Part shown: piece after piece, positions 8,099 through 16,563 of the stretch | How positions within the stretch are numbered: the first letter of the stretch is position 1 | How the letters are laid out: the number at the start of each line of letters is the position of its first letter | Assembly (NCBI GenBank): GCA_033764095.1 | Contig: JANRJF010000068.1 | Span: 4,199-68,198, forward strand | DNA from: Deltaproteobacteria bacterium | GTDB lineage: Bacteria > Desulfobacterota > Binatia > HRBIN30 > CADEER01 | DNA: 64,000 nt | Direction of reading: 5' to 3' | Translations under genes and position numbers: made by a program | Notes under the pieces: model-generated | Seen by the model: the letters and a program-made list of their open reading frames with translations, nothing else | Told to the model about the DNA's origin: nothing | Databases searched by the model: none

Positions 8099-9084
8099 GG
8101 CGCCCAGAGGTAGAGGAAGCCCGGCCCCTGCGGCAGCCCGTCGCGCGTCAGGCTGAGCACGTTGATCTGGTTGACCTGCGGCACCGTTCCACCGCTGCGC
8201 GCGTAGATGCTGTCGGCGAACTCGCTGCCGCGCAGATAGCGGATGACGGTCGCGTCGCTGACCCCGGCGCGCTGCTTGGCGCGGTCGATGGTGCCGTCCA
8301 GGTAGCCGATGTCGTCCACCAGGCCGCCGGCGTGTGCCTGCTCGGCGCTGAAGACGCGGCCGTCGACCATGGTCGCGTCCATCTCCGCCGTCAGGTGGCT
8401 GCCGCGCCGTTCGCGCACCAGGCCGACGAAGCGCTGCTGCATGTCGCCGATCAGCTGCTGCAGGACCGCGCGCTCGGCCGGCGTCATGGTGCGCAGCGGC
8501 GAGCCGATGTCCTTCATCTTGCCGGAGGCGATGGTCTGGTCGGCGACGCCGATCTTCTCCATCAGGCCGGCGACGCTGACGTTGGTGAAGATCACCCCGA
8601 TGCTGCCGGTGACGCTGGTCGGGCTGGCGACGATCTCGTCGCCGGCGAGCGCGACGTAGTACCCGCCGGAGGCGGCGACATCCAGCATCTGCACGAAGAT
8701 CGGCGTGCCGTGCTTGGCGCGGAACCGGGTGAGGCGATCGTAGATGATGTCGCTGGCGGTCACCGTGCCGCCGGGGCTGTTGATGCGCAGCACCAGCGCC
8801 TTGATGTCGTCGTCCTGATCGGCCTGGTCGAGCTCCGCCTCGAGGCGCGCCAGCGTGCTCTCCTGGCGACTCAGCCCGAGCGCGCTCTCGCGCGGCTCGC
8901 TGCCGATCACGCCGGAGAGGTCGATGAGCAGGATCTTGGCGCGGCCGCTGCCGCTGACGACGCGTTCCTCCAGCGGCTCAGGGCGGCGCGACAGCGGGTT
9001 GAACTCACCGGTGATCAGCACGCAGCCGCTGAATGCCAGGGCGAGCGGCGCCAGCAGCGCGAGGCGGAGCGAACGGCTTGGCAT
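8095..9084 (-). CDS. sppA: Signal peptide peptidase SppA (S49 family, 36K type)
   Basis: ILLIDLSGVI, INSPGGTVTASD and VASGGYYVA are S49 motifs. Start chosen at MPSRSLRLALLAPLALAFSGC (signal peptide with lipobox). The full track ORF extends 52 aa further upstream. Confidence 0.75.
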   Translation of the reverse strand: MPSRSLRLALLAPLALAFSGCVLITGEFNPLSRRPEPLEERVVSGSGRAKILLIDLSGVIGSEPRESALGLSRQESTLARLEAELDQADQDDDIKALVLRINSPGGTVTASDIIYDRLTRFRAKHGTPIFVQMLDVAASGGYYVALAGDEIVASPTSVTGSIGVIFTNVSVAGLMEKIGVADQTIASGKMKDIGSPLRTMTPAERAVLQQLIGDMQQRFVGLVRERRGSHLTAEMDATMVDGRVFSAEQAHAGGLVDDIGYLDGTIDRAKQRAGVSDATVIRYLRGSEFADSIYARSGGTVPQVNQINVLSLTRDGLPQGPGFLYLWAP

Positions 9085-9130
9085 CACCGGGGGCACTGTA
9101 TACTCATGGGCTTTCCGGCGAGGCAAGGCG

Positions 9131-10432
9131 ATGCAGAGGCGAAGGCGAAGCGCGATCGCGCTGGGGATGGCGCTGCTCGCCGCGGCCGGCGCGGCGCGCG
9201 CCGACGAGCCGCTCACGGTCAACGCCGCCAACCTCGACACCTACCGCGCCCTGCTGCCGGAGTCGGTGGCAGCCCGCGTCGCCACCCGCCAGTACACGCT
9301 GCGCGTCGCGCCGGTGGACGCGGCGCGCTTCCGCGCCAACTACAGCGACCGCTTCTGGCAGGCGACCAGGGCAAACCAGGGCCGGTTCGGCATCGACGCG
9401 GCGACCAGCGGGCTCACCGACGTCGCCACCGGCGCGATCCCCACCCAGTTCTTCGGCCTGCCGTTCCCCGACATCGATCCGCAGGATCCGCAGGCGGGGA
9501 CCAAGATCGTGCACAACTACCGCGCCCGCCGCATGCAGATGGACGGCGAGCTGCACCGCTTCGACCTCAGCGACGTGTTGGAGAACGGCGAGGTGCTGCG
9601 CACGGTGAAGATCCTGCTCTCGCAGCGCTACTACGTCGGCACCAGCGCGCCGCCGCCGGCGGCGCTGCCCGACAACACCGAGTCGCGCCAGCTCGCCGCC
9701 GCGTTGGCGCCGCAGGACCTGGAAGGCGTCGGCGTGCTGACCTGGCGATTCAACGACTGGACCACCTGGGACAAGGTGTGGGCCTTCCTGCCGACCATCC
9801 GCCGCGTGCGCCAGGTGCGCAGCTCGACGCGCGGCGACCGCATTCCCGGCTTCGAGGTGCAGGGCGACGATGCCGACTGCTACGACAACAAGACCACCTA
9901 CTTCACCTGGCGGCTGCTCGGCGCCGGCGAGGTCATCGGGCCGGTCGGCAGCGACACGCCCTATCCGCGCGAACTGCGCGACGAGCCGCCCAGCCGCCGC
10001 ACCATGGCGCTGCCGTACAACAACGCCGTGTTCGAGACGCCGGGCGCCAAGGGCGCCGGCTGGTTCACCCTCGGCAACGTCTACGTGCGCCGCCCGGTGT
10101 GGATGGTCGAGGGCACGCCGAAGGATCCGTACTACGAAGCCGGCAGGGTCGTGCTGTACGTCGACCGCGACCTGTATCACGGCTACTACAAGCTCTCGTA
10201 CAACAAGGCCGGCGAGCTCTACCGCACCAACTTCTGCGGCTCCGCCTGGGGCCGCAGCGCCAGCGGCGACTTCGCCGCGGCGACCGCGCTGCTCATGCTC
10301 GGCGTCAACGAGAAGGAGAACCGCGGCACCCCGGCCGGCCGCTTCACACTGCAGACCTTCGAGCGCGGCTTCCCCGACGACTGGTTCACCGCCGAGCACC
10401 TCGGGCGCCTGTCGGTGGAGCCGGCGCGCTGA
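9131..10432 (+). CDS. DUF1329 family protein (periplasmic/outer-membrane lipoprotein-sorting-like fold)
   Basis: Start MQRRRRSAIALGMALLAAAGAARA is a signal peptide. Length and sequence character fit DUF1329, the usual partner of the DUF1302 barrel. Confidence 0.6.
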   Translation: MQRRRRSAIALGMALLAAAGAARADEPLTVNAANLDTYRALLPESVAARVATRQYTLRVAPVDAARFRANYSDRFWQATRANQGRFGIDAATSGLTDVATGAIPTQFFGLPFPDIDPQDPQAGTKIVHNYRARRMQMDGELHRFDLSDVLENGEVLRTVKILLSQRYYVGTSAPPPAALPDNTESRQLAAALAPQDLEGVGVLTWRFNDWTTWDKVWAFLPTIRRVRQVRSSTRGDRIPGFEVQGDDADCYDNKTTYFTWRLLGAGEVIGPVGSDTPYPRELRDEPPSRRTMALPYNNAVFETPGAKGAGWFTLGNVYVRRPVWMVEGTPKDPYYEAGRVVLYVDRDLYHGYYKLSYNKAGELYRTNFCGSAWGRSASGDFAAATALLMLGVNEKENRGTPAGRFTLQTFERGFPDDWFTAEHLGRLSVEPAR

Positions 10433-10514
10433 GGCGCGCCGGCGCGTATGGCGTGTGGCCTATGGCGGGCCTATTCCATACGCCCGCAGCCATGCGCGAG
10501 TCGTCGCCGGCGAC

Positions 10515-10967
10515 TCACGCCTGCGCGGCTTCGCCGGGGCGGATCTGATCCCAGGCGTTGCGGTAGGTGGCGAACTTGCCGGCATACGAGCGGCGCGAGT
10601 CGGGCAGGTAGAAGGTCTTGCCGCTGATCGCCTCCCAGGGGATGACGAAGGCCTGCGACAGGTCGAGCTTCTGCTGCGGCACCAGCGGCACACAGGCGAA
10701 AAAGTCGCTGTAGCGCTCACCGACCTTGCCGCGATGGTGAAAATTGAAGTTCCAGGCGCGGTAGACGTAGTTGTAGTGTCGCCCGCCGACGTGGACGCGG
10801 CGGCGCGACGAGCTCGGGTAGGCGACGCGCAGGGCCAGGCGAACCCGACCGTCGACGATGAAGTCGAAGCGCGACTGCGGCGGGGCGGTGACCACCTCGT
10901 GGCCGAGGCCGGTCAGATGGGAGACGACCTCCTGCTTCGGGACTTCGTGTATCTCGACCCGGTTCAT
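10515..10967 (-). CDS. Hypothetical protein (150 aa); weak resemblance to the restriction-endonuclease-like PD-(D/E)XK fold
   Basis: Start MNRVEIHEV at the first internal ATG. Residues FDFIVDG..LALRVAY form a D...(D/E)xK-like pattern. The upstream TTG-initiated extension is unconvincing. Confidence 0.35.
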   Translation of the reverse strand: MNRVEIHEVPKQEVVSHLTGLGHEVVTAPPQSRFDFIVDGRVRLALRVAYPSSSRRRVHVGGRHYNYVYRAWNFNFHHRGKVGERYSDFFACVPLVPQQKLDLSQAFVIPWEAISGKTFYLPDSRRSYAGKFATYRNAWDQIRPGEAAQA

Positions 10968-11140
10968 CGTCCGTTGCGAGGTCGTGCGTCGGCTCGGCGA
11001 CATCAGCCCGTTCGGCCGCTCTTTCTGGTCAGACCACCTATGCTCCAGCCGCGCCGGGTATAACCCGACACCGGGCGCTTGCCAAGCAAAAAAACGGCGC
11101 GACAACTGCATTGCATTGCCTCGCCCGTGGAGCGGCGAGG

Positions 11141-11908
11141 TCAGCTCTTGCGGCCTCGGGCGTTTGGCTTGGCGGGCCTGGTCGCGGGCTTCGGCTTGCC
11201 GACCCAACGCGATCGCGTCGGCGTTTTCTTCGGCTCAGGCGGGGTCGTCTTGCCCGGGAACGGGCAGATGTCGATCAGGACGCAGGCAGGGCAATCTGGT
11301 TTGCGGGCAAAGCAGACGCGTCGGCCGTGGTACTGCAGCAGGTGGCAGAAGCGGATCTGGCGCTCGGCGGGGACCATCGCGGTGAGATCGGCCTCGATTC
11401 TGTCCGGCTCGGTCTCGGTGGTCAGGCCGAGGCGCTGCGACAGCCGGCCGACGTGCGTGTCGACGCCGATGCCGGGCAGGCCGAAGGCGTTGCCGCGCAG
11501 GATGTTGGCGGTCTTGCGGCCGACGCCGGAGAGGGTGAGCAGGTCGTCGAGCTGACGGGGCACCTCGCCACCGAAGCGCTCGACCAGCTGCTGGCAGCAG
11601 GCGCGGACGGCCTTGGCTTTCTGCCGGTAGAAGCCGGTTGGGCGCACCCATTCCTCCAGGTCTTCCTGGCTGACGGCGGCGAAGTCGCGCGCGGTCGGGA
11701 AGCGGCGGAAGAGCCCCGGGGTGACCTCATTGACCTTCGCGTCGGTGCACTGCGCGGCGAGGATGAGGGCGACGAGCAGCTCCAGCGGCGAGGTGAAGTC
11801 GAGCGCCAGCTTGGCGTCCGGGTGGGCGCGGTCGAGGCGCTCGTAGAGCGCGTTGATCGGCGCCGCCTTGCGGGCGCGGCGCGGCGGGGCGGCGGGGCGG
11901 GACGCCAT
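11141..11908 (-). CDS. nth: Endonuclease III (Nth), DNA glycosylase/AP lyase with a [4Fe-4S] cluster
   Basis: HhH-GPD motif LLTLSGVGRKTANIL and C-terminal CX6CX2CX5C (CFARKPDCPACVLIDIC). The basic Lys/Pro-rich C-terminal tail is unusual. Confidence 0.85.
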   Translation of the reverse strand: MASRPAAPPRRARKAAPINALYERLDRAHPDAKLALDFTSPLELLVALILAAQCTDAKVNEVTPGLFRRFPTARDFAAVSQEDLEEWVRPTGFYRQKAKAVRACCQQLVERFGGEVPRQLDDLLTLSGVGRKTANILRGNAFGLPGIGVDTHVGRLSQRLGLTTETEPDRIEADLTAMVPAERQIRFCHLLQYHGRRVCFARKPDCPACVLIDICPFPGKTTPPEPKKTPTRSRWVGKPKPATRPAKPNARGRKS

Positions 11909-11955
11909 CGGGGAGGGTGGAGCGGCGGCGGCCAGCTGCCGCCGCCGCTCGCGGG

Positions 11956-12780
11956 TTACATGTACGAGCCGCCGGTGACCAGGACGACGTGGCCGGTGAC
12001 GTAGTCGGCCAGCGGCGAGGCGAGGAACAGCACCGGGCCGGCGGCTTCCTCCGGCGTGCCGGCGCGGCCGAGCGGCACCATCTGGATCGCCATCTGGCGC
12101 ATCTGGTCGGGGATGCCCATCTCGACCGTGTTGCCGTCCACCTGTTCCTTCATCGACTTGTCCTTCGCCGCGGTGAGCCGCGTCTCGATGAAGCCGTAGG
12201 CGACGGCGTTGACGTGGATGTTCAGCCGCCCCCACTCCTTCGCCAGCGTCTTGGTGACGCCGACGATGCCCATCTTGCCGGCCGAGTAGTTCACCTGGCC
12301 GGCGTTGCCGGCGACGCCGGAGGTCGAGGAGGTGTTGACGACGCGGCGGATGACGCGTTTGCCGGCCGCCGCCTCCTGCTTCGCCCACTCGCGCCAGTAC
12401 AGCGAGGCGGCGCGCAGGATGCGGAAGGGGCCGGTCAGGTGGCAGTCGATCATCGCGTACCACTGCTCGTCGCTCATCTTGTGGATGACGCCGTCGTAGG
12501 TGTAGCCGGCGTTGTTGACGATGATGTCGAGCGCCTTGAACTTGTCGACGGTGGTCTTGATTAGCGCGTTGGGGAACGCGGCATCGGTCACCGACCCGGC
12601 GACCGCGAGCGCCTCGCCACCGCTCTTGCGGATCGACTCGGCGGCCTCCTCGGCGACGTTCGGGTCGAGGTCGTTCACCACCACGCGCGCGCCATGCTGG
12701 GCGAACAACTCGGCCACCGCGCGGCCGATGCCGCGCCCCGAGCCGGTGACGATCGCCACCTTGCCTTCGATGAGCTTCAT
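11956..12780 (-). CDS. SDR family NAD(P)-dependent oxidoreductase
   Basis: MKLIEGKVAIVTGSGRGIGRA (TGxxxGxG), NNAG and YSAGK (YxxxK). Strong AGGAGG RBS upstream. Paralogous to the gene at 38115-39062. Confidence 0.8.
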   Translation of the reverse strand: MKLIEGKVAIVTGSGRGIGRAVAELFAQHGARVVVNDLDPNVAEEAAESIRKSGGEALAVAGSVTDAAFPNALIKTTVDKFKALDIIVNNAGYTYDGVIHKMSDEQWYAMIDCHLTGPFRILRAASLYWREWAKQEAAAGKRVIRRVVNTSSTSGVAGNAGQVNYSAGKMGIVGVTKTLAKEWGRLNIHVNAVAYGFIETRLTAAKDKSMKEQVDGNTVEMGIPDQMRQMAIQMVPLGRAGTPEEAAGPVLFLASPLADYVTGHVVLVTGGSYM

Positions 12781-12919
12781 GCGACTACCTCCTGGGGGAA
12801 TCGGCCCTCTGTAGCCCAAGCCGGCGGGCCGGCAAACCACACCCGCCCTTGCCCGACCGCGGCAAACCTGACACCTGGCAGGCCAGGCACCGGAGGCGGC
12901 CCTGGAGGAAATTCGAGAC

Positions 12920-13828
12920 GTGCAGATCGATCGGGCGACCGGCGCGAGCGTGCTGGTGCGCGACCTGTGGAAGCTGCTGCGGCCGACGCAGTGGTCGAAG
13001 AACGCGGTGCTGTTCGCCGCGCTGATCTTCTCCAAGCACCTGTTCGTGGCCGGCGATCTGCTGCGCGTGACGGTGGCGTTCGTCTGCTTCTGCGCCGTCG
13101 CCAGCGGCGCCTACGTGATGAACGACCTGCGCGACTGCGAGCGCGACCGGCAGCACCCGCTCAAGTCGCGCCGTCCGCTGCCCTCCGGCCGCGTCTCGCG
13201 CGGCGCCGCCCTGGTGCTCGCCCTCGGCCTGATGGCGACCGGCGTGGCCGGCGCGGCGCTGCTCGACCGCGGCTTCGCCGTGCTGGTCGTCGCCTACCTG
13301 CTGCTGCAGATCCTCTACACCTTCTCGTTCAAGGAGAAGGTGATTCTCGACGTCATGTCGATCGCCACCGGGTTCGTCATCCGCGCCGCCGCCGGCGGCG
13401 TGGTGATCAGCGTGCCGGTGTCGCCCTGGCTGATGATCTGCACCTTCCTGCTGGCGCTCTTCCTCGGCTTCGCCAAGCGGCGCCACGAGCTGGTGCTGCT
13501 GGAGGGACGCGCCGAGGAGCACCGCGCCTCGCTGCGCGAGTACAGCCCGTATTTCCTCGACCAGATGATGTCGGTGGTCACCGCCTCGGTGGTGGTGGCG
13601 TACGCGATCTACGCCGCCTCGCCGGAGGTGCAGGAGAAGCTCGGCACCGACAAGCTCTACCTGACGATTCCGTTCGTGCTGTTCGGCATCTTCCGCTACC
13701 TCTACCTGGTGCACCAGAAGGAAGAGGGCGGCGATCCGACGCAACTGCTGCTCTCCGACCAGCCGCTGCTGCTCGACGTCGTGCTGTGGATCCTCACCGC
13801 CGCGATCGTGCTCTACTGGGGCGCATGA
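12920..13828 (+). CDS. UbiA-family prenyltransferase, decaprenyl-phosphate phosphoribosyltransferase (DPPR synthase)-like
   Basis: Motif NDLRDCERDRQHPLKSRRP is the Asp-rich motif characteristic of DPPR synthases (Rv3806c family). About 8 TM helices. GTG start. Confidence 0.7.
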   Translation: MQIDRATGASVLVRDLWKLLRPTQWSKNAVLFAALIFSKHLFVAGDLLRVTVAFVCFCAVASGAYVMNDLRDCERDRQHPLKSRRPLPSGRVSRGAALVLALGLMATGVAGAALLDRGFAVLVVAYLLLQILYTFSFKEKVILDVMSIATGFVIRAAAGGVVISVPVSPWLMICTFLLALFLGFAKRRHELVLLEGRAEEHRASLREYSPYFLDQMMSVVTASVVVAYAIYAASPEVQEKLGTDKLYLTIPFVLFGIFRYLYLVHQKEEGGDPTQLLLSDQPLLLDVVLWILTAAIVLYWGA

Positions 13829-14196
13829 GCGGCGGCGGGCCGACGCGCGGCGACCGGGTCGACAAGCCCTGGGGCCACGAGCTGATCTGGGCGCGCACCG
13901 ACCGGTACGTCGGCAAGATCCTGCACATCCGCGCCGGCGAGGCGCTCAGCCTGCAGTACCACCAGGTGAAGGACGAGACCCTCTACCTGCTGCGCGGCGC
14001 GCTGCGGCTGGAGGTGGGCGACGACGAGCGCAGGCTGGAGACGCTCGACCTGGTGCCGGGCGATGCGATCCACCTCTGGCCCGGGCGGCGGCACCGCATG
14101 ACGGCGTCGAGCGACTGCGAGGTGCTCGAAGTTTCGACGCCCGAGCTGCACGACGTCGTGCGCCTGGCCGACCGCTACGGTCGCGCCGGCGGCTGA
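13825..14196 (+). CDS. Cupin domain protein (small, type II phosphomannose-isomerase-like barrel)
   Basis: PWGHELIW...LSLQYHQVKDETLYLLRGALRLEV carries cupin motifs G(X)5HXH and G(X)5PXG. ATG overlaps the previous stop. Confidence 0.6.
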   Translation: MSGGGPTRGDRVDKPWGHELIWARTDRYVGKILHIRAGEALSLQYHQVKDETLYLLRGALRLEVGDDERRLETLDLVPGDAIHLWPGRRHRMTASSDCEVLEVSTPELHDVVRLADRYGRAGG

Positions 14197-14207
14197 GCAC
14201 GCCGCGC

Positions 14208-15131
14208 ATGCGCGCGCTGATCACCGGCATCGACGGCTTTGCCGGTCGTCACCTCGCCGCGCTGCTGGCGGCGCGCGGCCACGCCGTGCACGGGCTGGCG
14301 CGCCGGGCGGTCGCGTCGCCGGCGGGCGCGACGGTGCACCCTGCCGACGTCACCGACGCCGACGCCGTCGCGCGCGCGGTTGCCGCGGCGGCGCCCGAGC
14401 GGTGCTTCCACCTCGCCGGCATCGCCTCGGTGCCGGCGGCGATCGCCGACCCGTCGCTGGCGTTGCGCGTCAATGCGCTCGGCACCCAGCACCTGCTCGC
14501 CGCGGTGGCGCGCCACGCACCGGCGGCGCGGGTGATCGTGATCGGCTCGGGCGACGCCTACGGCGCGGTGCCGGCGGCGGCGCTGCCGGTACGCGAGGCG
14601 CAGCCGCTGCAGCCGCGCAGTCCCTACGGCGCGAGCAAGGCCGCGGCGGAGATCATCGCCGGCCAGTGGGAGCGCGGGGGCGGGCTCGACGTCGTCTGCG
14701 TGCGCGCCTTCAATCACACCGGGCCCGGCCAGCGCGCCGGCTTCGTCTGCGCCGACTTCGCCCGCCAGCTGGTCGCCATCGCCGCCGGCACGCTGCCGCC
14801 GCGCGTCGCGGTCGGCGATCTCAGTCCGGTGCGCGACTTCAGCGACGTGCGCGACGTCGTCGCCGCCTATGTCGCCATCGCCGAGCGCGGTGCGCGCGGC
14901 GCGGTGTACAACGTCTGCAGCGGCGTTGGGCGCAGCGTACGTGAGGTGCTCGATGCGCTGATCGGGCTGGTCGGCGTGCCGGTGGAGGTGACGGTCGATA
15001 CCACCCGCCTGCGCCCCGCCGACGTGCCGGCGCTGGTCGGCGATGCGTCCGCCCTGCACGCCGCCACCGGCTGGGCGCCGCGCATCGCCTGGGAGCAGAC
15101 GCTCGCCGACCTGATCGCCTCGCTGCGATGA
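14208..15131 (+). CDS. NAD-dependent epimerase/dehydratase family protein (NDP-sugar epimerase/reductase-like)
   Basis: MRALITGIDGFAGRHL is a Rossmann GxxGxxG. YGASKAAAE is the catalytic YxxxK. About 300 aa, typical of extended SDRs. Confidence 0.75.
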   Translation: MRALITGIDGFAGRHLAALLAARGHAVHGLARRAVASPAGATVHPADVTDADAVARAVAAAAPERCFHLAGIASVPAAIADPSLALRVNALGTQHLLAAVARHAPAARVIVIGSGDAYGAVPAAALPVREAQPLQPRSPYGASKAAAEIIAGQWERGGGLDVVCVRAFNHTGPGQRAGFVCADFARQLVAIAAGTLPPRVAVGDLSPVRDFSDVRDVVAAYVAIAERGARGAVYNVCSGVGRSVREVLDALIGLVGVPVEVTVDTTRLRPADVPALVGDASALHAATGWAPRIAWEQTLADLIASLR

Positions 15132-15146
15132 GATCTCCTATCGAAC

Positions 15147-16295
15147 CTAGGCGACGTAGGCGAACAGGGTATACGTGTTTGAGATCAGATAGACCCCGTT
15201 ACCGACCGGAGCATCTGTACTGGCCCCCAGGTTGCCGATGTTGATCAGCTGAACACCATTCGCAGCGTTGAAGGCCCGATTCGGCCCAGCAGTAAAAAGT
15301 ACACCGTTGGCAACGGTGACGCCGATCGGAGATCCCGCCGCGGTCATCCAGTTCTGCGCACCGGTCGTCGCGTCGAACGAGCGGACCGCTCCGTTGCCAG
15401 TCGCGATGTAAACCTGACCATTGTCGATAGCGGGCGCAGACGTTGCGGTGATGCCAGCCGCGGCCCACAACGATGTGCCGTTCGTCGCGTCCAGCGCGCG
15501 CAGGGTGGAGCCAAATCGGCCGAACAGCTTGCCGTTCGAAATGGCGAGATCATTCACCACGCCGCCGAACGCGGGGCTCGTCCACAAGACTTGTCCGGTG
15601 CTCAGATCGAGCGCCTTCACGACCCCGCCGGTACCGTAGTAGACCGCAGTATCCACTACGGTCCAGGTTGTGGCTGCTCCCGCGTTGCTGGTCCACACTG
15701 TCGCGCCACTGCTCGCCGCCAGCGCGCTCACCCCGGTTGTTGTACTGAGATAGAGATTTGCCCCAACCAGGCCCGGTGATGAGAGTCCGTTAACTCCAGA
15801 TACAGTCGCGCTCCAGGACAGCGCTCCGTTCGTCGAGAACGCGTATACCTGGTTGGGTGGTCCCGAACTCTGCGACTGGGCGACGTACACGAACGAGGCT
15901 GTGGCAGCAGGCGTCGCGGTCTGCCCGGTGACCCAGTCGTTGCCGCCAGTTACTGATGCACTCCACAGCTCGACACCCGTGTCCCATTGATATGCATGCA
16001 AGTTTCCGTCGCCGCCGTTTACGAATACCTTGTTGCCTGCGAGGACTGGATTGCCAGCGTAGTAGTGCTGATAGGTTTTGAGCGGGTCGCCGATCGGAGC
16101 CTGCCAGAGTTGATGCAGATTGGCCGCGTTGTCGGTGGAAATTGCGTTAGCCTGATTGCAGCACCCCTCGTTCATATTGAATCCAGACCGCGTGGCACTG
16201 CCACGGAACTGCGGCCAGTCACACCCGCCGAGCAACACCAACGACGAGGCGATGCCTACGGTCACTTTCATCCATCGACGTTGAGTTGCGATCAT
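15147..16295 (-). CDS. PQQ-like beta-propeller repeat lipoprotein (BamB-like fold); composition-atypical gene
   Basis: Lipobox LVLLGGC. Repeated ...G.VYA/LWT... propeller-blade motifs. GC clearly lower than neighbours. The start could alternatively be the Met 8 codons downstream. Confidence 0.6.
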   Translation of the reverse strand: MIATQRRWMKVTVGIASSLVLLGGCDWPQFRGSATRSGFNMNEGCCNQANAISTDNAANLHQLWQAPIGDPLKTYQHYYAGNPVLAGNKVFVNGGDGNLHAYQWDTGVELWSASVTGGNDWVTGQTATPAATASFVYVAQSQSSGPPNQVYAFSTNGALSWSATVSGVNGLSSPGLVGANLYLSTTTGVSALAASSGATVWTSNAGAATTWTVVDTAVYYGTGGVVKALDLSTGQVLWTSPAFGGVVNDLAISNGKLFGRFGSTLRALDATNGTSLWAAAGITATSAPAIDNGQVYIATGNGAVRSFDATTGAQNWMTAAGSPIGVTVANGVLFTAGPNRAFNAANGVQLINIGNLGASTDAPVGNGVYLISNTYTLFAYVA

Positions 16296-16563
16296 GCTCC
16301 CTCCACGGAAGGTTGAGTGCCGCAGTATAGCGGTCGACCCACGTGCAGGGGGGGTAGCGCGAAGCGATAGTCAACGTCCAGATCTAAACTCGCTGCACAG
16401 AGTATGTGCCTTGCAGGTATTGACGCGGTTGCGAGCGACAAAGCCGGTGCAAGTCAAGGTGGCGCCGCTACGGAGGCTGGCAGCCGCAGCCGCGCGGCCA
16501 GAGGGCCGGGCTCGTCGGAGGTTGCCCACTCGACGCCGCTGAATGGGCAACCTCTGACGCGAA

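Noticed and set aside
8029-10548. 839-aa plus-strand ORF and 431-aa minus ORF (9104-10399) spanning sppA and the DUF1329 gene
   Set aside because: Off-frame or antisense to two genes with clear family signatures. Composition dominated by R, A, G, D and H repeats.
16296-16563. Hairpin GGTTGCCCA-N15-TGGGCAACC downstream of the DUF1302 gene as an intrinsic terminator
   Set aside because: The stem is good but there is no U-tract on the transcribed (minus) strand and the loop is long. Left as uncertain rather than called a terminator. May still function in this GC-rich organism.
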